Origin: Candidatus Kaiserbacteria bacterium
GTDB lineage: Bacteria; Patescibacteriota; Minisyncoccia; Phycocordibacterales; UBA2100
Direction of reading: 5' to 3'
Length of the DNA: 64,000 nt
NCBI GenBank assembly: GCA_016217965.1
Contig: JACRFI010000015.1
Span: 16,366-80,365, forward strand
The translations under genes were made by a program, and so were the position numbers. The stretch's first letter is position 1. Each line of letters starts with the position of its first letter. Shown piece by piece: positions 47,693-57,772 of the stretch. Under the pieces are notes generated by a model. That model worked only from the letters and a program-made list of their open reading frames with translations. It did not search any database and was not told the DNA's origin.

Positions 47693-50605
47693 AATGACGA
47701 GGTTTACGATTCGTCCCTTCACGTAAATCACTTTTAGTACCTGCCTACCCTCTAGCCATTTTGCCCCAGCTTCGATCGCTTTCGTTTTCGCACTCTCTTC
47801 ACTCTCTTCAGGAGAAATAGATATTTGAGTGCGAGTCTTGCCATTGATTTGAACAGCAACTGATACCGTGTCAGCCACTAGTTTCCCTGCTTTAAATGCT
47901 GGCCATTTTTCAAGATGAATTGATTTCTTGTGGCCGAGCTCGGCCCATAGTTCGTCCGCGATATGTGGCGCGAAAGGCGATAAAAGCCGAAGTACTATTT
48001 CGAATTGGGCCTTTGAAATTCCGGCGCGCTCGGCTTCGTTCAGGAACGACATCATCTGTGCTATTGCGGTATTGAATTTCAAAGCCGGAATGTCTTCTGA
48101 GACTTTCTTGATCGTCTTGTGAAGAGAGATTTCGATCTCTTCGCCTCCTTTTCCTATCTTTTCGCGTAGTCGCCACACGCGCTCTAAAAAGCGCCGGACT
48201 CCTACAACACCATCCGGGTTCCATGGATACGTCGAGACCTCGTTGTACGGACCCACGAACGCGAGGTACATGCGCACCGTATCAGCGCCAAGCTGTGCAA
48301 CTACAGAGTCCGGGTCGATGACATTTCCTCTCGATTTCGACATCTTCTGGCCATCAGGCCCCAGAATGAGCGAACGGTTCATGCGCCGCGTGTACGGTTC
48401 AGGATCCATTGCCAGCTTGAGGTCGAAAAGTGCTTTCTGCCAAAACCGCGAATACAGGACGTGCATTGTGGTGTGTTCGGCGCCGCCCGAGTATAGATTG
48501 ATAGGCATCCACGCTTTTTGCTTTTTTGGTTCTGAGAACAGTTTCTTATTTTTCGGATCAATGTAGCGGAGGAAATACCAAGAAGAATCGACGAAGGTGT
48601 CGAGTGTATCTGTCTCGCGTTCTGCATGCCCTTTGCATTTCGGACACTTCACATTCACCCACTTGCGTACCTTTGCAAGTGGCGAGCGGCCGCTTCCATC
48701 CGGCAGGTAGTCTTTGACCTCCGGCAACTTCACGGGAAGATCTTTATCTGGCACTGCAACTTGGCCGCAAGTTTTGCAGTGGATTATCGGAATGGGAACT
48801 CCCCAGTACCTCTGGCGGGAAACTATCCAGTCACGCAGTTTGTACGTCTTCTTCTGCGTGCCGAACTCTGTAGTCATTTTTGATCGCGCCTCTTTGCTGT
48901 CTATTCCGGAGAAGTTCGCCGAATTCACAAGCCTTCCCTCTCCTGTATATGTACCTGTCTCAATTTTTCCTGATGAAATAACGTCACGGATCGGCAAATT
49001 AAACTTCTTTGCAAATTCGAAATCACGTTCATCGTGAGCAGGTACCGCCATGATGGCGCCAGTGCCGTAGTGCGCCAGCACATAATCGGCGACGTATATT
49101 GGTATTTTCTCGCCCGTTGCAGGATTTATCGCCTCGACTCCTCCCAATCTGACCCCGGTCTTTTCTTTCTGTTCAGCCATCCTCTCTAATTCTGTCTTCT
49201 TCGCCGCCTGATCAACGTACGCTTGCACTTCTGCGTTGTTTTGCAGAACTGTTTTATGGCTGAGTGCGAGCGTTACCCATTGATGCTCGGGTGCAAGCAC
49301 AAGATACGTGGCACCATAGAGCGTATCAGCCCGCGTCGTAAATACACGAATTGTAGGACGAATCCACATAAGAAAATCAGGCTCTCTGTCGGCAGTAAAG
49401 TGCTCTTGGATCGCGTTCGTCTCAACTAGTTGCGCGTCTATAGTTTTAGCGAGCTCTTGTAAATAGGGAGCACGCGCTTTTTCCTGAAGATCGGAAAGAA
49501 CCAAACGGGAGTCTGTGTTCTGCTTGATTTTCTGCACATCGAGCTTCCAATTGAAATCTTTCCAAAACGGCCGTCGAATAGCCGTAGGAAAATTTGGGTC
49601 TACTGCTGGTGCTATGACAACAAGTCGTGCAATTTTGCGCTTCAATTTTTCCGCAACCTTCATCGCGACAAGTCCGCCAAGGCTATGCCCAACAACAATC
49701 GTATTTTCATCGTAGGTTGTAGCTGATAGCGCCGTTGCAACTTGTTCCGATTCTTTTGGGGTATCAGTGTTGGGCAACGCGGGAATGACCACTTCATGCC
49801 CCAATTCTTCTAACTTCTTTTTGACCCACTGCCAACGTGGTCGATTCGGATTACTTTTATAGCCGTGCAAAAGCACAAACTTGTATTTCTTTCCAAGATC
49901 AAGACCAAAATCAATCTCGGCGCCTTCGCTGCGACCTATCCAATTGCGTTGGGATTCTTTTATTTGCTCTGGCCAGTCCAGTTCTTTCAGGTCATCGACA
50001 AGCCGGTCAGCATATTTTGTGATCCTCAGATTCCACTGCAGCATCTGTTTCTGGATCACCTCCGTCTTACAGCGCTCGCAGCGCCCATCCACAACCTGCT
50101 CGTTCGCAAGCACAGTTTTGCACGACGGGCACCAGTTCACTGCCGTTTCCTTCCGATATGCCAGTCCATTCTTGAAGAATTGGAGAAACTGCCACTGAGT
50201 CCATTTGTAATATTCGGGATCACACGTGATGACTTCCCGAGACCAATCGAAGGATGCTCCCATGGACGCCATCTGTTTTTTCATGTAGGCGATATTGCCA
50301 TACGTCCACTTTCTGGGGTTCAGTTTGTTTTTTATCGCGGCATTCTCTGCCGGAAGCCCAAATGCATCGAAGCCGATCGGATACAACACATTTTTTCCTT
50401 GCATCCGCAAATGGCGCGTCAAAATGTCAGGCACCGAGAATGCGTACCAGTGGCCAACGTGGAGATTTCCCGAAGGGTATGGGAATTCTGTAAGAAGGTA
50501 GTAATTTTTCTTTCCTTTTACCGTATCTGCAGTCTTGTAGAGCTTCGCTTTCGCCCATTTTTGTTGCCATTTCTTTTCTATTTTGCGATGGTCATACTTT
50601 CGCAT
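47678..50605 (-). CDS. leuS: leucine--tRNA ligase with an inserted alpha/beta-hydrolase (RBBP9/YdeN-like serine hydrolase) domain
   Basis: HVGH and KMSKS class-I motifs, CP1 editing domain (TTRADTLYGATY...), anticodon-binding C-terminus; residues ~234-420 form an extra GHSLGG hydrolase domain; 975 aa. Confidence 0.85.
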   Translation of the reverse strand: MRKYDHRKIEKKWQQKWAKAKLYKTADTVKGKKNYYLLTEFPYPSGNLHVGHWYAFSVPDILTRHLRMQGKNVLYPIGFDAFGLPAENAAIKNKLNPRKWTYGNIAYMKKQMASMGASFDWSREVITCDPEYYKWTQWQFLQFFKNGLAYRKETAVNWCPSCKTVLANEQVVDGRCERCKTEVIQKQMLQWNLRITKYADRLVDDLKELDWPEQIKESQRNWIGRSEGAEIDFGLDLGKKYKFVLLHGYKSNPNRPRWQWVKKKLEELGHEVVIPALPNTDTPKESEQVATALSATTYDENTIVVGHSLGGLVAMKVAEKLKRKIARLVVIAPAVDPNFPTAIRRPFWKDFNWKLDVQKIKQNTDSRLVLSDLQEKARAPYLQELAKTIDAQLVETNAIQEHFTADREPDFLMWIRPTIRVFTTRADTLYGATYLVLAPEHQWVTLALSHKTVLQNNAEVQAYVDQAAKKTELERMAEQKEKTGVRLGGVEAINPATGEKIPIYVADYVLAHYGTGAIMAVPAHDERDFEFAKKFNLPIRDVISSGKIETGTYTGEGRLVNSANFSGIDSKEARSKMTTEFGTQKKTYKLRDWIVSRQRYWGVPIPIIHCKTCGQVAVPDKDLPVKLPEVKDYLPDGSGRSPLAKVRKWVNVKCPKCKGHAERETDTLDTFVDSSWYFLRYIDPKNKKLFSEPKKQKAWMPINLYSGGAEHTTMHVLYSRFWQKALFDLKLAMDPEPYTRRMNRSLILGPDGQKMSKSRGNVIDPDSVVAQLGADTVRMYLAFVGPYNEVSTYPWNPDGVVGVRRFLERVWRLREKIGKGGEEIEISLHKTIKKVSEDIPALKFNTAIAQMMSFLNEAERAGISKAQFEIVLRLLSPFAPHIADELWAELGHKKSIHLEKWPAFKAGKLVADTVSVAVQINGKTRTQISISPEESEESAKTKAIEAGAKWLEGRQVLKVIYVKGRIVNLVIAQAL

Positions 50606-50645
50606 TAAAAGACAGTATCACGAAGAAAACCTGTATACTAGCCGC

Positions 50646-50897
50646 ATGTGGCAGGATTGGATCATCAGTGTCGTGCAGTGGGGGTTCATCCTTGCGAACG
50701 TACCGACTATTCTGGACAAGCACCAGAAACCAGCGCTTCTCACATCAATCGCCTCCGCAGCCGGTCTTTATATCTTTACCGCCACATACATCACACTCGG
50801 TCTTTGGGCAGCCGCTGCGTCGTCTTTCATCCTAGCGACCGAGTGGGCGCTGCTCGCCTACCAGCGCTGGCAGTTAGACAAATCTAATTCGTCTTAG
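50646..50897 (+). CDS. hypothetical small membrane protein
   Basis: Two to three hydrophobic helices; start uncertain (ORF begins 50583, overlapping leuS start). Confidence 0.3.
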   Translation: MWQDWIISVVQWGFILANVPTILDKHQKPALLTSIASAAGLYIFTATYITLGLWAAAASSFILATEWALLAYQRWQLDKSNSS

Positions 50898-51842
50898 CTA
50901 TTCGCGTACGGGAATTCCCTTCGGATACACCGGGTATAAGTCGGGGTCGATAGTTCTGTCGAAACAGTGTTCGCCTTGCCCATGCAACCAGTTATCCGCG
51001 CTCGTTCCATATTCAGGATACGCAACTTGCATGCCCTTGGTTTCTTCTGTGACTTCGAAGTTAAATGTCGCACAGAGCTTGAACGACATATCCCCCGTCT
51101 TTTGATACGTATATGCTTGTTCATTCTGTGGATCTATGGGTGCCTTCCAACCAGAGATAGGATCTTCAAGTTGCCCGAGTGACGCTGGAAGAGATTCTTT
51201 CTGCTGCCAATAATTGACAACCTGCCACTGGATATTCTGAAGGTCGGAGATTTTTTGTGTGTCATACCGCATGAGGCGCACGTCGCCCGGCGTACCCATG
51301 ATAAAGAATCCTGCAATTATCGTGAGTAGAACAGCGGCGCCTGCTCCATAGCCGACCATCTGAGCGCTGCCTCGATTGGCAGTCCAGTATCCGCGCAGGT
51401 CAGCAAGAAAGTGAAGGAACGCTGCGCCCGCGACCAAAAGCAACACGACGACTTTGAGAAGGAATGGAGTAGTAAGATCTCCACCCAAGAATGAATTTAT
51501 AAGCGCGATTAGGTCGCCGATGACTGCAGCCCCAGCAATGAATACCGTGAGTACGAGCGCCCAGCGGCGTATCCACAAGTCATTTTTCTCAGGCGTTCGC
51601 GCGATGTCCGAGCGGATATAGCGCATTAAGAGAAGTGTCACAGGGACAAGCACAATGAGGGTTGCCATCGCAAAGCGCATGCTTCCTGAGAACGGATCGG
51701 AATAGTAGTACGTCAGAGGATCCGGGTATGCGTAGTTAATGTATTGGAATAGAAGCGTAATAAAAGAAATGACGCTGCCATAGAGCGCCACCATCGCACC
51801 TGCCCAGAGAAAGAAATCTTTCGGAGTTACCTTTGGTTGCAT
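50898..51842 (-). CDS. hypothetical polytopic membrane protein with C-terminal soluble domain
   Basis: ~6 TM helices then ~110-aa hydrophilic domain; no motif. Confidence 0.45.
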   Translation of the reverse strand: MQPKVTPKDFFLWAGAMVALYGSVISFITLLFQYINYAYPDPLTYYYSDPFSGSMRFAMATLIVLVPVTLLLMRYIRSDIARTPEKNDLWIRRWALVLTVFIAGAAVIGDLIALINSFLGGDLTTPFLLKVVVLLLVAGAAFLHFLADLRGYWTANRGSAQMVGYGAGAAVLLTIIAGFFIMGTPGDVRLMRYDTQKISDLQNIQWQVVNYWQQKESLPASLGQLEDPISGWKAPIDPQNEQAYTYQKTGDMSFKLCATFNFEVTEETKGMQVAYPEYGTSADNWLHGQGEHCFDRTIDPDLYPVYPKGIPVRE

Positions 51843-51918
51843 AATATTATTTATATTGTGTAATGCGTTAAGTATAACACAGCGCTACTGTGTATCCGAC
51901 GCAGGTCAACATCTTCGC

Positions 51919-53334
51919 TTACCAACCGAATTGTCTCCCTACCTCCTCCGGCGTTTCTCGTTTTCGTACCACTTTTATCTCGCCGTTTGATGCCATCAAT
52001 TTTAGAGGAGACGACAGCAAGCAGTGGTGCGACGAAAGAGAATCTTGGTACGCTCCCGTGTCAAAAAATGCGACGAATAGTTCCTCGACGTCCGTTAGAC
52101 GTGGCAACAGCACATATGAGCCGCCGTTCGTATATTTATCATCACTGTCGCACGAGCTGCCCGCAAGCCAAACTCTGTCGAGTTTTGAATAGTTCATGTT
52201 GTTGACCGGGACAACGTGCCACTTCTGCTTCAAGGCCCATGTGTCCGTGAGGTCGTTCATAAAACTGCCGTCCACGACGTACCATTTGTTACCGCCTTTA
52301 TTAAGCACCTTTTTTTCTGCAAGGACCTTGTAGATAGTAATCTGTGCAGGAGCCACGACATATCTTCCCCATTCTACGATAAGGTTCGGATGCCGAATTC
52401 CAAGAGAGTCGCATTGTGTCTTTGCGGTCTTTACCAGTTTTTGTATGAGATTCTTTCCAGAATAAAAACGTTTGTTTTTGTTGTAAGGCACGCCAGCACC
52501 GCCGCCGATATCTAACGTATCCAGCCCAGGATTCTTTTCTTTCACTTTTGCATAGAGCTGTAGTGCTCGTTTCAAAGGTTCTACGAGCCCATTCACGTTC
52601 TCTATTTGGCTAGAAATGTGGTAGTGGAGGACGGATAAGTTCCGTATCTTACCCAGATCCAATATTTCCTGCTCCGTAAAGCCAAATCTATTGAATTTTT
52701 TATCCCAATGGCTTTTTACTTTGACGTTTAAGTCCACGCGAATTCCGACTGGTCCTTTGAATTTTTGCATTCTCTCCAATTCCACGGGGTCCTCGATAAT
52801 TGGAACGACTGTCAGGCCCTTGCCACGAAGCTCCTCGATAAGATCCATGTATCGCTCGGTTTTCGGCCCGTTGCAGATGACCCGCATTTTGCTGTGGAAT
52901 TTTTCCTGCTCTAGCATTCTCTTGACGAGGAACAACTCGTTTGCACTTCCAACATCAAGGTTAGAGCCCTCAGCGACCGCCGGAAGGACGAATTCGCGGT
53001 TCTGATTCACCTTCATTGGATAGTGGTAGTAGAACTTTCCTTTATAGCCGAGAACTTTTATGTATGCGTTAAATGTTTCTATGAGGTCACGCACCCTGTT
53101 CTCAACGATGGTTGGGAAAAATAACTCTGTTCCTGTACCGTACTTTTTGACGATATCGAAAATATTGTATTGATAGTTACCTTCACGCACAGTAAGTTCG
53201 CCGTCCGCGCTAATGTCGAACGCACTCGTATTCTGGTCCTCCATTCCGAGGCGCCAGAATTTTTTGAACCCATTTTTCTTCTTTTTCCTTGTTACTTTTT
53301 TGCGCTTGGAATGTGATGACTCATCTGTACCCAT
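51919..53334 (-). CDS. speA: PLP-dependent decarboxylase, fold III (SpeA-like arginine decarboxylase)
   Basis: YHYPMKVNQ (PLP-Lys), DIGGGAG glycine loop, SCDSDD Cys motif; Lys-rich N-terminal extension; same locus as agmatinase. Confidence 0.6.
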   Translation of the reverse strand: MGTDESSHSKRKKVTRKKKKNGFKKFWRLGMEDQNTSAFDISADGELTVREGNYQYNIFDIVKKYGTGTELFFPTIVENRVRDLIETFNAYIKVLGYKGKFYYHYPMKVNQNREFVLPAVAEGSNLDVGSANELFLVKRMLEQEKFHSKMRVICNGPKTERYMDLIEELRGKGLTVVPIIEDPVELERMQKFKGPVGIRVDLNVKVKSHWDKKFNRFGFTEQEILDLGKIRNLSVLHYHISSQIENVNGLVEPLKRALQLYAKVKEKNPGLDTLDIGGGAGVPYNKNKRFYSGKNLIQKLVKTAKTQCDSLGIRHPNLIVEWGRYVVAPAQITIYKVLAEKKVLNKGGNKWYVVDGSFMNDLTDTWALKQKWHVVPVNNMNYSKLDRVWLAGSSCDSDDKYTNGGSYVLLPRLTDVEELFVAFFDTGAYQDSLSSHHCLLSSPLKLMASNGEIKVVRKRETPEEVGRQFGW

Positions 53335-53480
53335 TTCTGATGTACCTTACCGATGCCTCTCTTCCCCTGGCAGTATTCGGATAGACAAGTGTTATACCAC
53401 GTTTTCCAAAAAATGCACGTTTTTCGCATGAACCTGGGGACAAGCCGATCTAAAAAGCATTCATGGTTTACACTTTCCTC

Positions 53481-53909
53481 ATGCAGTCATGGAAGATATT
53501 CGCTGTCCTCTACACTCTCGGGATTACGGGATATGCACTTGCCGCTAAGTTTAGTGGCGGAAAGATCTCTCCTCTTTTCGGAGCAATGCTAATGACGGCA
53601 TGCTCCCTCTCAATAATTACGTGTTTCTTTCTCTGGTATAGGGTGCACGGAGGTGAATTCACATACACAAGGTATGGTGTTGCAGCAGCTGCGCTAGCTG
53701 GTATTTCAATCGCTCTTGCCGATATAGCACTTTTCTTCATGTATGCACGCGGTGCGCAATTAAGTGTCGCGGCACTTCTCACGGAAGTCATTTCTATCGC
53801 CGTTGTCACCCTGATTGGACTGCTCTTGTTGAAGGAACCGTTTTCGTGGACAAAGGGCCTTGGCATCCTGTTCTCAGCTATTGGCATACTTTTATTATTT
53901 GAGGGATGA
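53481..53909 (+). CDS. EamA-like (DMT superfamily) small membrane protein
   Basis: Four TM helices with EamA-like periodicity. Confidence 0.4.
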   Translation: MQSWKIFAVLYTLGITGYALAAKFSGGKISPLFGAMLMTACSLSIITCFFLWYRVHGGEFTYTRYGVAAAALAGISIALADIALFFMYARGAQLSVAALLTEVISIAVVTLIGLLLLKEPFSWTKGLGILFSAIGILLLFEG

Positions 53910-53918
53910 TCGTGGCAT

Positions 53919-54752
53919 ATGGCACTGCGTGAACAACCAGAAAAACCAGCGGCTGAATCTTTCTGGAAGCTGCATGGACTTAAGGGTGCATTTGTAAATG
54001 AGACCTCGGCGCAGGATGCCATTTTATCCGTATCAAATAAGGGCGAGTGGGATAAGAATCTGTCAAAGTTGCAAAGTTTATTCTGGCCACTTATTAAAGA
54101 GGTCTATTCTCGCTCAGACGAAGAAGTCGCGAGACAGTTGGAGATCACGTTCGAAAATGTTGATAAAGTTTTTATAAAAACCGACGGCTCAAAAATACTT
54201 GGGTTCCTTTGCATCGAGAAGGGCGCCCCTAAGGTCGCAATAATCCGAGACGTCATAGTTCGAAAGGAATTCCAAAATTCCGGCATTGGAAAAGAGCTAT
54301 ATGCGTCATTATTCGCAGAGCCAGAATTCGATGCAGTTATTAGTGCCACAACAACACTTGCCGCTGAAATTAATCGATTCAATGTTGGCAACGAAAACGG
54401 ATTCGATAGCTTTTACGGCACTATGGGTACAGGAAATCCCGAAGTAGAGCGTCTCCGAGCGCTCGATACGGATTATTTGGCAAAAACGGATGTGCTATCC
54501 GAAGATCAATCTTTGTTACCTTCTGATAGCAGCGGATTCGTCCTGACGAAAGGGGACTATATCCCGCGCCTTGAATCCGCGGAAGTTACAGAATTACGAG
54601 AAAGAGCAAGAAAGCAATCAATACCTAGACAAATAGTAGAACAAGCAGACAAGATTTTGGGACTACAACGTGACCTTGACGAAAAACTAGGCAAGAATAA
54701 AGCGCCTGTAGTTGCTGGTCATTTAATTAGCATTCGAAGGCAAAACGAATAG
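53919..54752 (+). CDS. GNAT-family N-acetyltransferase domain protein
   Basis: Motif A-like VRKEFQNSGIGKELY; C-terminal ~120 aa unassigned. Confidence 0.45.
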   Translation: MALREQPEKPAAESFWKLHGLKGAFVNETSAQDAILSVSNKGEWDKNLSKLQSLFWPLIKEVYSRSDEEVARQLEITFENVDKVFIKTDGSKILGFLCIEKGAPKVAIIRDVIVRKEFQNSGIGKELYASLFAEPEFDAVISATTTLAAEINRFNVGNENGFDSFYGTMGTGNPEVERLRALDTDYLAKTDVLSEDQSLLPSDSSGFVLTKGDYIPRLESAEVTELRERARKQSIPRQIVEQADKILGLQRDLDEKLGKNKAPVVAGHLISIRRQNE

Positions 54753-55008
54753 TCACAACACTAAACTACTAGCCAAAATCGAAAAGCAAGTTCAATTATC
54801 CCCTCCCTGTAGAACTTCCAACGCTTTAATCTTCTTAGGATCACTCGCTATTATTTTGGCGAGAGATTTTAATTCCTCGTGAGACAACTCTGCAATCTGG
54901 TGCAACATTCTTTCCGCTTCTGTCAGTTTATCATTCATATTTGCAATGATACCACAACCTTGCATGCGCAGCGGAAAGGCTATTGCACCTGAAGATATTT
55001 GATATACA

Positions 55009-56265
55009 GTGAACGCGATGAAAGGAACGGTTTTGATAATTGGAGCGGGAGGGGTGGGACACGTGACGGCGCATAAGTGTGCGAGAAATAAAAACGTGTT
55101 TAAGAAAATTCATCTCGCTAGCCGAACAATCGGTAAGCCGAACGCGATAAAAAAGGATGTAAAAAAGCGCTGGGGCGTGAATATATCGACCCACGTCGTT
55201 GATGCGGACAAAGCAAGAGATGTCGCAGCACTCATCCGCAAGACGCAGCCGGAGGTAGTTATCAACGTCGCACTTCCCTACCAAGACCTAGCCATCATGG
55301 ACGCGTGTCTTGCAACGAAAGTCCATTATATCGATACCGCGAACTATGAGCCAAAAGATGAGGCGCATTTCGAATACAGCTGGCAGTGGGCATACCAAAA
55401 ACGCTATAAGGATGCGGGTATCATGGCGGTCCTCGGCGCAGGCTTCGACCCGGGAGTTACGAACGCCTACATCGCGTATCTCGCAAAGAAATATTTCGAC
55501 AAGATAAAATACGTAGATATCCTTGATGCGAATGCAGGAAGCCACGGCAAGTCATTTGCGACGAATTTCAATCCTGAAATAAATATCCGCGAGGTCACGC
55601 AGGAAGTGAAGCACTGGAACAAGGGCAAGTGGGTCAAAACGCCGCCCATCATGGACCCTAAGAGCGTACATTTTAAATTCAACTATCCTATCGCAGGCCC
55701 TTGGGAAAGTTACATGCTATATCACGAGGAAATGGAATCGCTCGTCAAGCACTTCCCCTCTGTCGAGCGGATGCGCTTCTGGATGACGTTCGGTGAGAAT
55801 TACCTTACGCATCTTCGAGTAATGGAAAGTATCGGCATTTCTCGCATCGACCCAGTTATGCATGATGGAAAGAAAATAATCCCGATTCAATTCTTGAAAT
55901 CACTTCTTCCCGACCCTGCATCTCTCGCGACTGGCTACAGCGGAAAAGCGGTCATTGGATGCATCGTGACTGGCGTTCCAAAAGGCTCGAAGCTTGAAGC
56001 TAGAAGCCAGAAGCTAATTACGAAGTACATCTATAACGTCACCGACCATGCAAAATGCTTCAAAGAGCTGGGTTCACAAGGAATTTCGTATACAGCCGGC
56101 GTTCCGCCGGTGATTGCTGCCATGATGGTCATGAAAGGCATCTGGAAAGGCGCGGGTGTATTCAATGTCGAACAGCTCGATCCCGAACCATTCCTTAGTA
56201 CCCTCGCTAAGAACGGCTTGCCTTTCAAGGTCATCAACTACAAACCGCTTCCAGCAAAGATTTAA
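55009..56265 (+). CDS. carboxy(nor)spermidine dehydrogenase (saccharopine-dehydrogenase family)
   Basis: N-terminal IIGAGGVGHV NAD(P)-binding loop, ~415-aa SDH-like architecture, adjacency to NspC-like gene. Confidence 0.65.
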   Translation: MNAMKGTVLIIGAGGVGHVTAHKCARNKNVFKKIHLASRTIGKPNAIKKDVKKRWGVNISTHVVDADKARDVAALIRKTQPEVVINVALPYQDLAIMDACLATKVHYIDTANYEPKDEAHFEYSWQWAYQKRYKDAGIMAVLGAGFDPGVTNAYIAYLAKKYFDKIKYVDILDANAGSHGKSFATNFNPEINIREVTQEVKHWNKGKWVKTPPIMDPKSVHFKFNYPIAGPWESYMLYHEEMESLVKHFPSVERMRFWMTFGENYLTHLRVMESIGISRIDPVMHDGKKIIPIQFLKSLLPDPASLATGYSGKAVIGCIVTGVPKGSKLEARSQKLITKYIYNVTDHAKCFKELGSQGISYTAGVPPVIAAMMVMKGIWKGAGVFNVEQLDPEPFLSTLAKNGLPFKVINYKPLPAKI

Positions 56266-56269
56266 ATAA

Positions 56270-56857
56270 ATGGAGCTAAAAATTGCCCTCGGTGCCACTG
56301 CGGTACTGTGCGAAGTAATAAGCGCAGCTCTTTATTTGACTGACATTTTTCGTGGAAACACGAAACCACATTTGTATACCAATCTTGTGTGGTCGGTCGT
56401 CATGAGCATCGCATTTGCCGGCATGATAATCGGAGGCGGCGCTGCCGGGACGTGGGCGACCGGTGCATCACTCCTTCTTATACTCATAACTCTTGTACTT
56501 TCACTTAAATGGGGAACCACTGATATTACTCGTTCCGACAAAGCGTTTCTTGGTGCGGCGTTATTAGCAATTGTTCCATGGGCTATTACAAAAAACCCCC
56601 TCGGTTCGGTCATACTCGCCAGTGCCATAGATGCGTGTGGCATCGCTCCCACGATCCGTAAAACATGGCGAGCGCCCCTCTCTGAATCATTGGCAGCATG
56701 GATATTCGCGCTATTGCGAACAGGGTTCCAAATCGCAGCATTAGCCGTGTACACGCCATTAACAGTGTTATATTTGGCGGAAGTAATGGTTGCAGATGTG
56801 TTATTACTAACGGTCATTCTCTATCGGAGGTCGACTAGCGAGAGGAAAATTCCATAA
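56270..56857 (+). CDS. hypothetical polytopic membrane protein
   Basis: 6 predicted TM helices. Confidence 0.4.
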   Translation: MELKIALGATAVLCEVISAALYLTDIFRGNTKPHLYTNLVWSVVMSIAFAGMIIGGGAAGTWATGASLLLILITLVLSLKWGTTDITRSDKAFLGAALLAIVPWAITKNPLGSVILASAIDACGIAPTIRKTWRAPLSESLAAWIFALLRTGFQIAALAVYTPLTVLYLAEVMVADVLLLTVILYRRSTSERKIP

Positions 56858-56860
56858 CAT

Positions 56861-57772
56861 ATGTGGCAACTCTTTAGCCTCAGCGCGATATTTTGTAACA
56901 CGCTTGAGGAAACAATAGATAAGGCGGCGATGCTTGGTTCGAGCGCACTCGACACATTTGTCGCAGCATTGATTCGGAACATCATCGTGCTTGGTATTGC
57001 GATCGCAGTGGCATTTCTCATCTACCGATCAGTGCCAGAGATAATCTTCTCTCTTCCGATAATCTGGTGGGGCTTCGTATATGCGATACAGGCCATCTCC
57101 TATACGTGGATATTGAAGTACATAGAAATAACGGCAGCCAGCGTAACGTTCGCGCTTCTTCCTCTTGTATTCTTGCCCATAGATATCTTTTTCCGGCACG
57201 AGTCGCTTACTCTGATGCAGATAGGAGGAGTCGGGACATTGGTTATTGGCGGACTTGTTTTCTTTGCACGCAAGGATCTGTCAAAAAGACTCTCAAATGC
57301 CAAATACATATTGATGATGCTTGGCGTTTTGGTTTTTGATGCGATCGTCATTGGTTCAGAAGGATATATTTTCAAGAGTTATTACGAGCAGTATGAGATA
57401 GCGCCCGCTTCTTTCCTTGTAAGCGGAATGCTGTACATGTGCGCCTTTCTTGCAGTAATGCTTGCTATCCGTTTCGCATGGGCCGGCAAGGGTATACAGT
57501 TGCAGGGGGCGCTTTCCTACGCTCGCGGAGCGTCTCTTGCGAAACTAGCGGATTATGGGAATATCTTTTTCACATTGCATGCCCTTACTATTGTGACCGT
57601 TACACAAGTCGCTGCGATGAAAGTTGTCCATCCGTTGATATTGCTGATAATCACGATGTTCGCTCAACAGAAATTCAAAATTGATCTTGAAGAAGTATTC
57701 ACGAAGGAAACCGTCATTCAAAAATGCGCCGGAATCCTGCTTGTGGTCATGGGCTCTTTTCTCGTTGCTTAG
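56861..57772 (+). CDS. hypothetical polytopic membrane protein (transporter-like, ~9-10 TM)
   Basis: Hydropathy only. Confidence 0.4.
   Translation: MWQLFSLSAIFCNTLEETIDKAAMLGSSALDTFVAALIRNIIVLGIAIAVAFLIYRSVPEIIFSLPIIWWGFVYAIQAISYTWILKYIEITAASVTFALLPLVFLPIDIFFRHESLTLMQIGGVGTLVIGGLVFFARKDLSKRLSNAKYILMMLGVLVFDAIVIGSEGYIFKSYYEQYEIAPASFLVSGMLYMCAFLAVMLAIRFAWAGKGIQLQGALSYARGASLAKLADYGNIFFTLHALTIVTVTQVAAMKVVHPLILLIITMFAQQKFKIDLEEVFTKETVIQKCAGILLVVMGSFLVA

Noticed and set aside
47678-50605. Intein within leuS
   Set aside because: The insert boundaries lack the intein junction residues: no Cys/Ser/Thr at the N-terminal junction and no terminal HN followed by Cys/Ser/Thr. No homing-endonuclease motifs are present. 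The insert instead carries a GxSxG alpha/beta-hydrolase signature.
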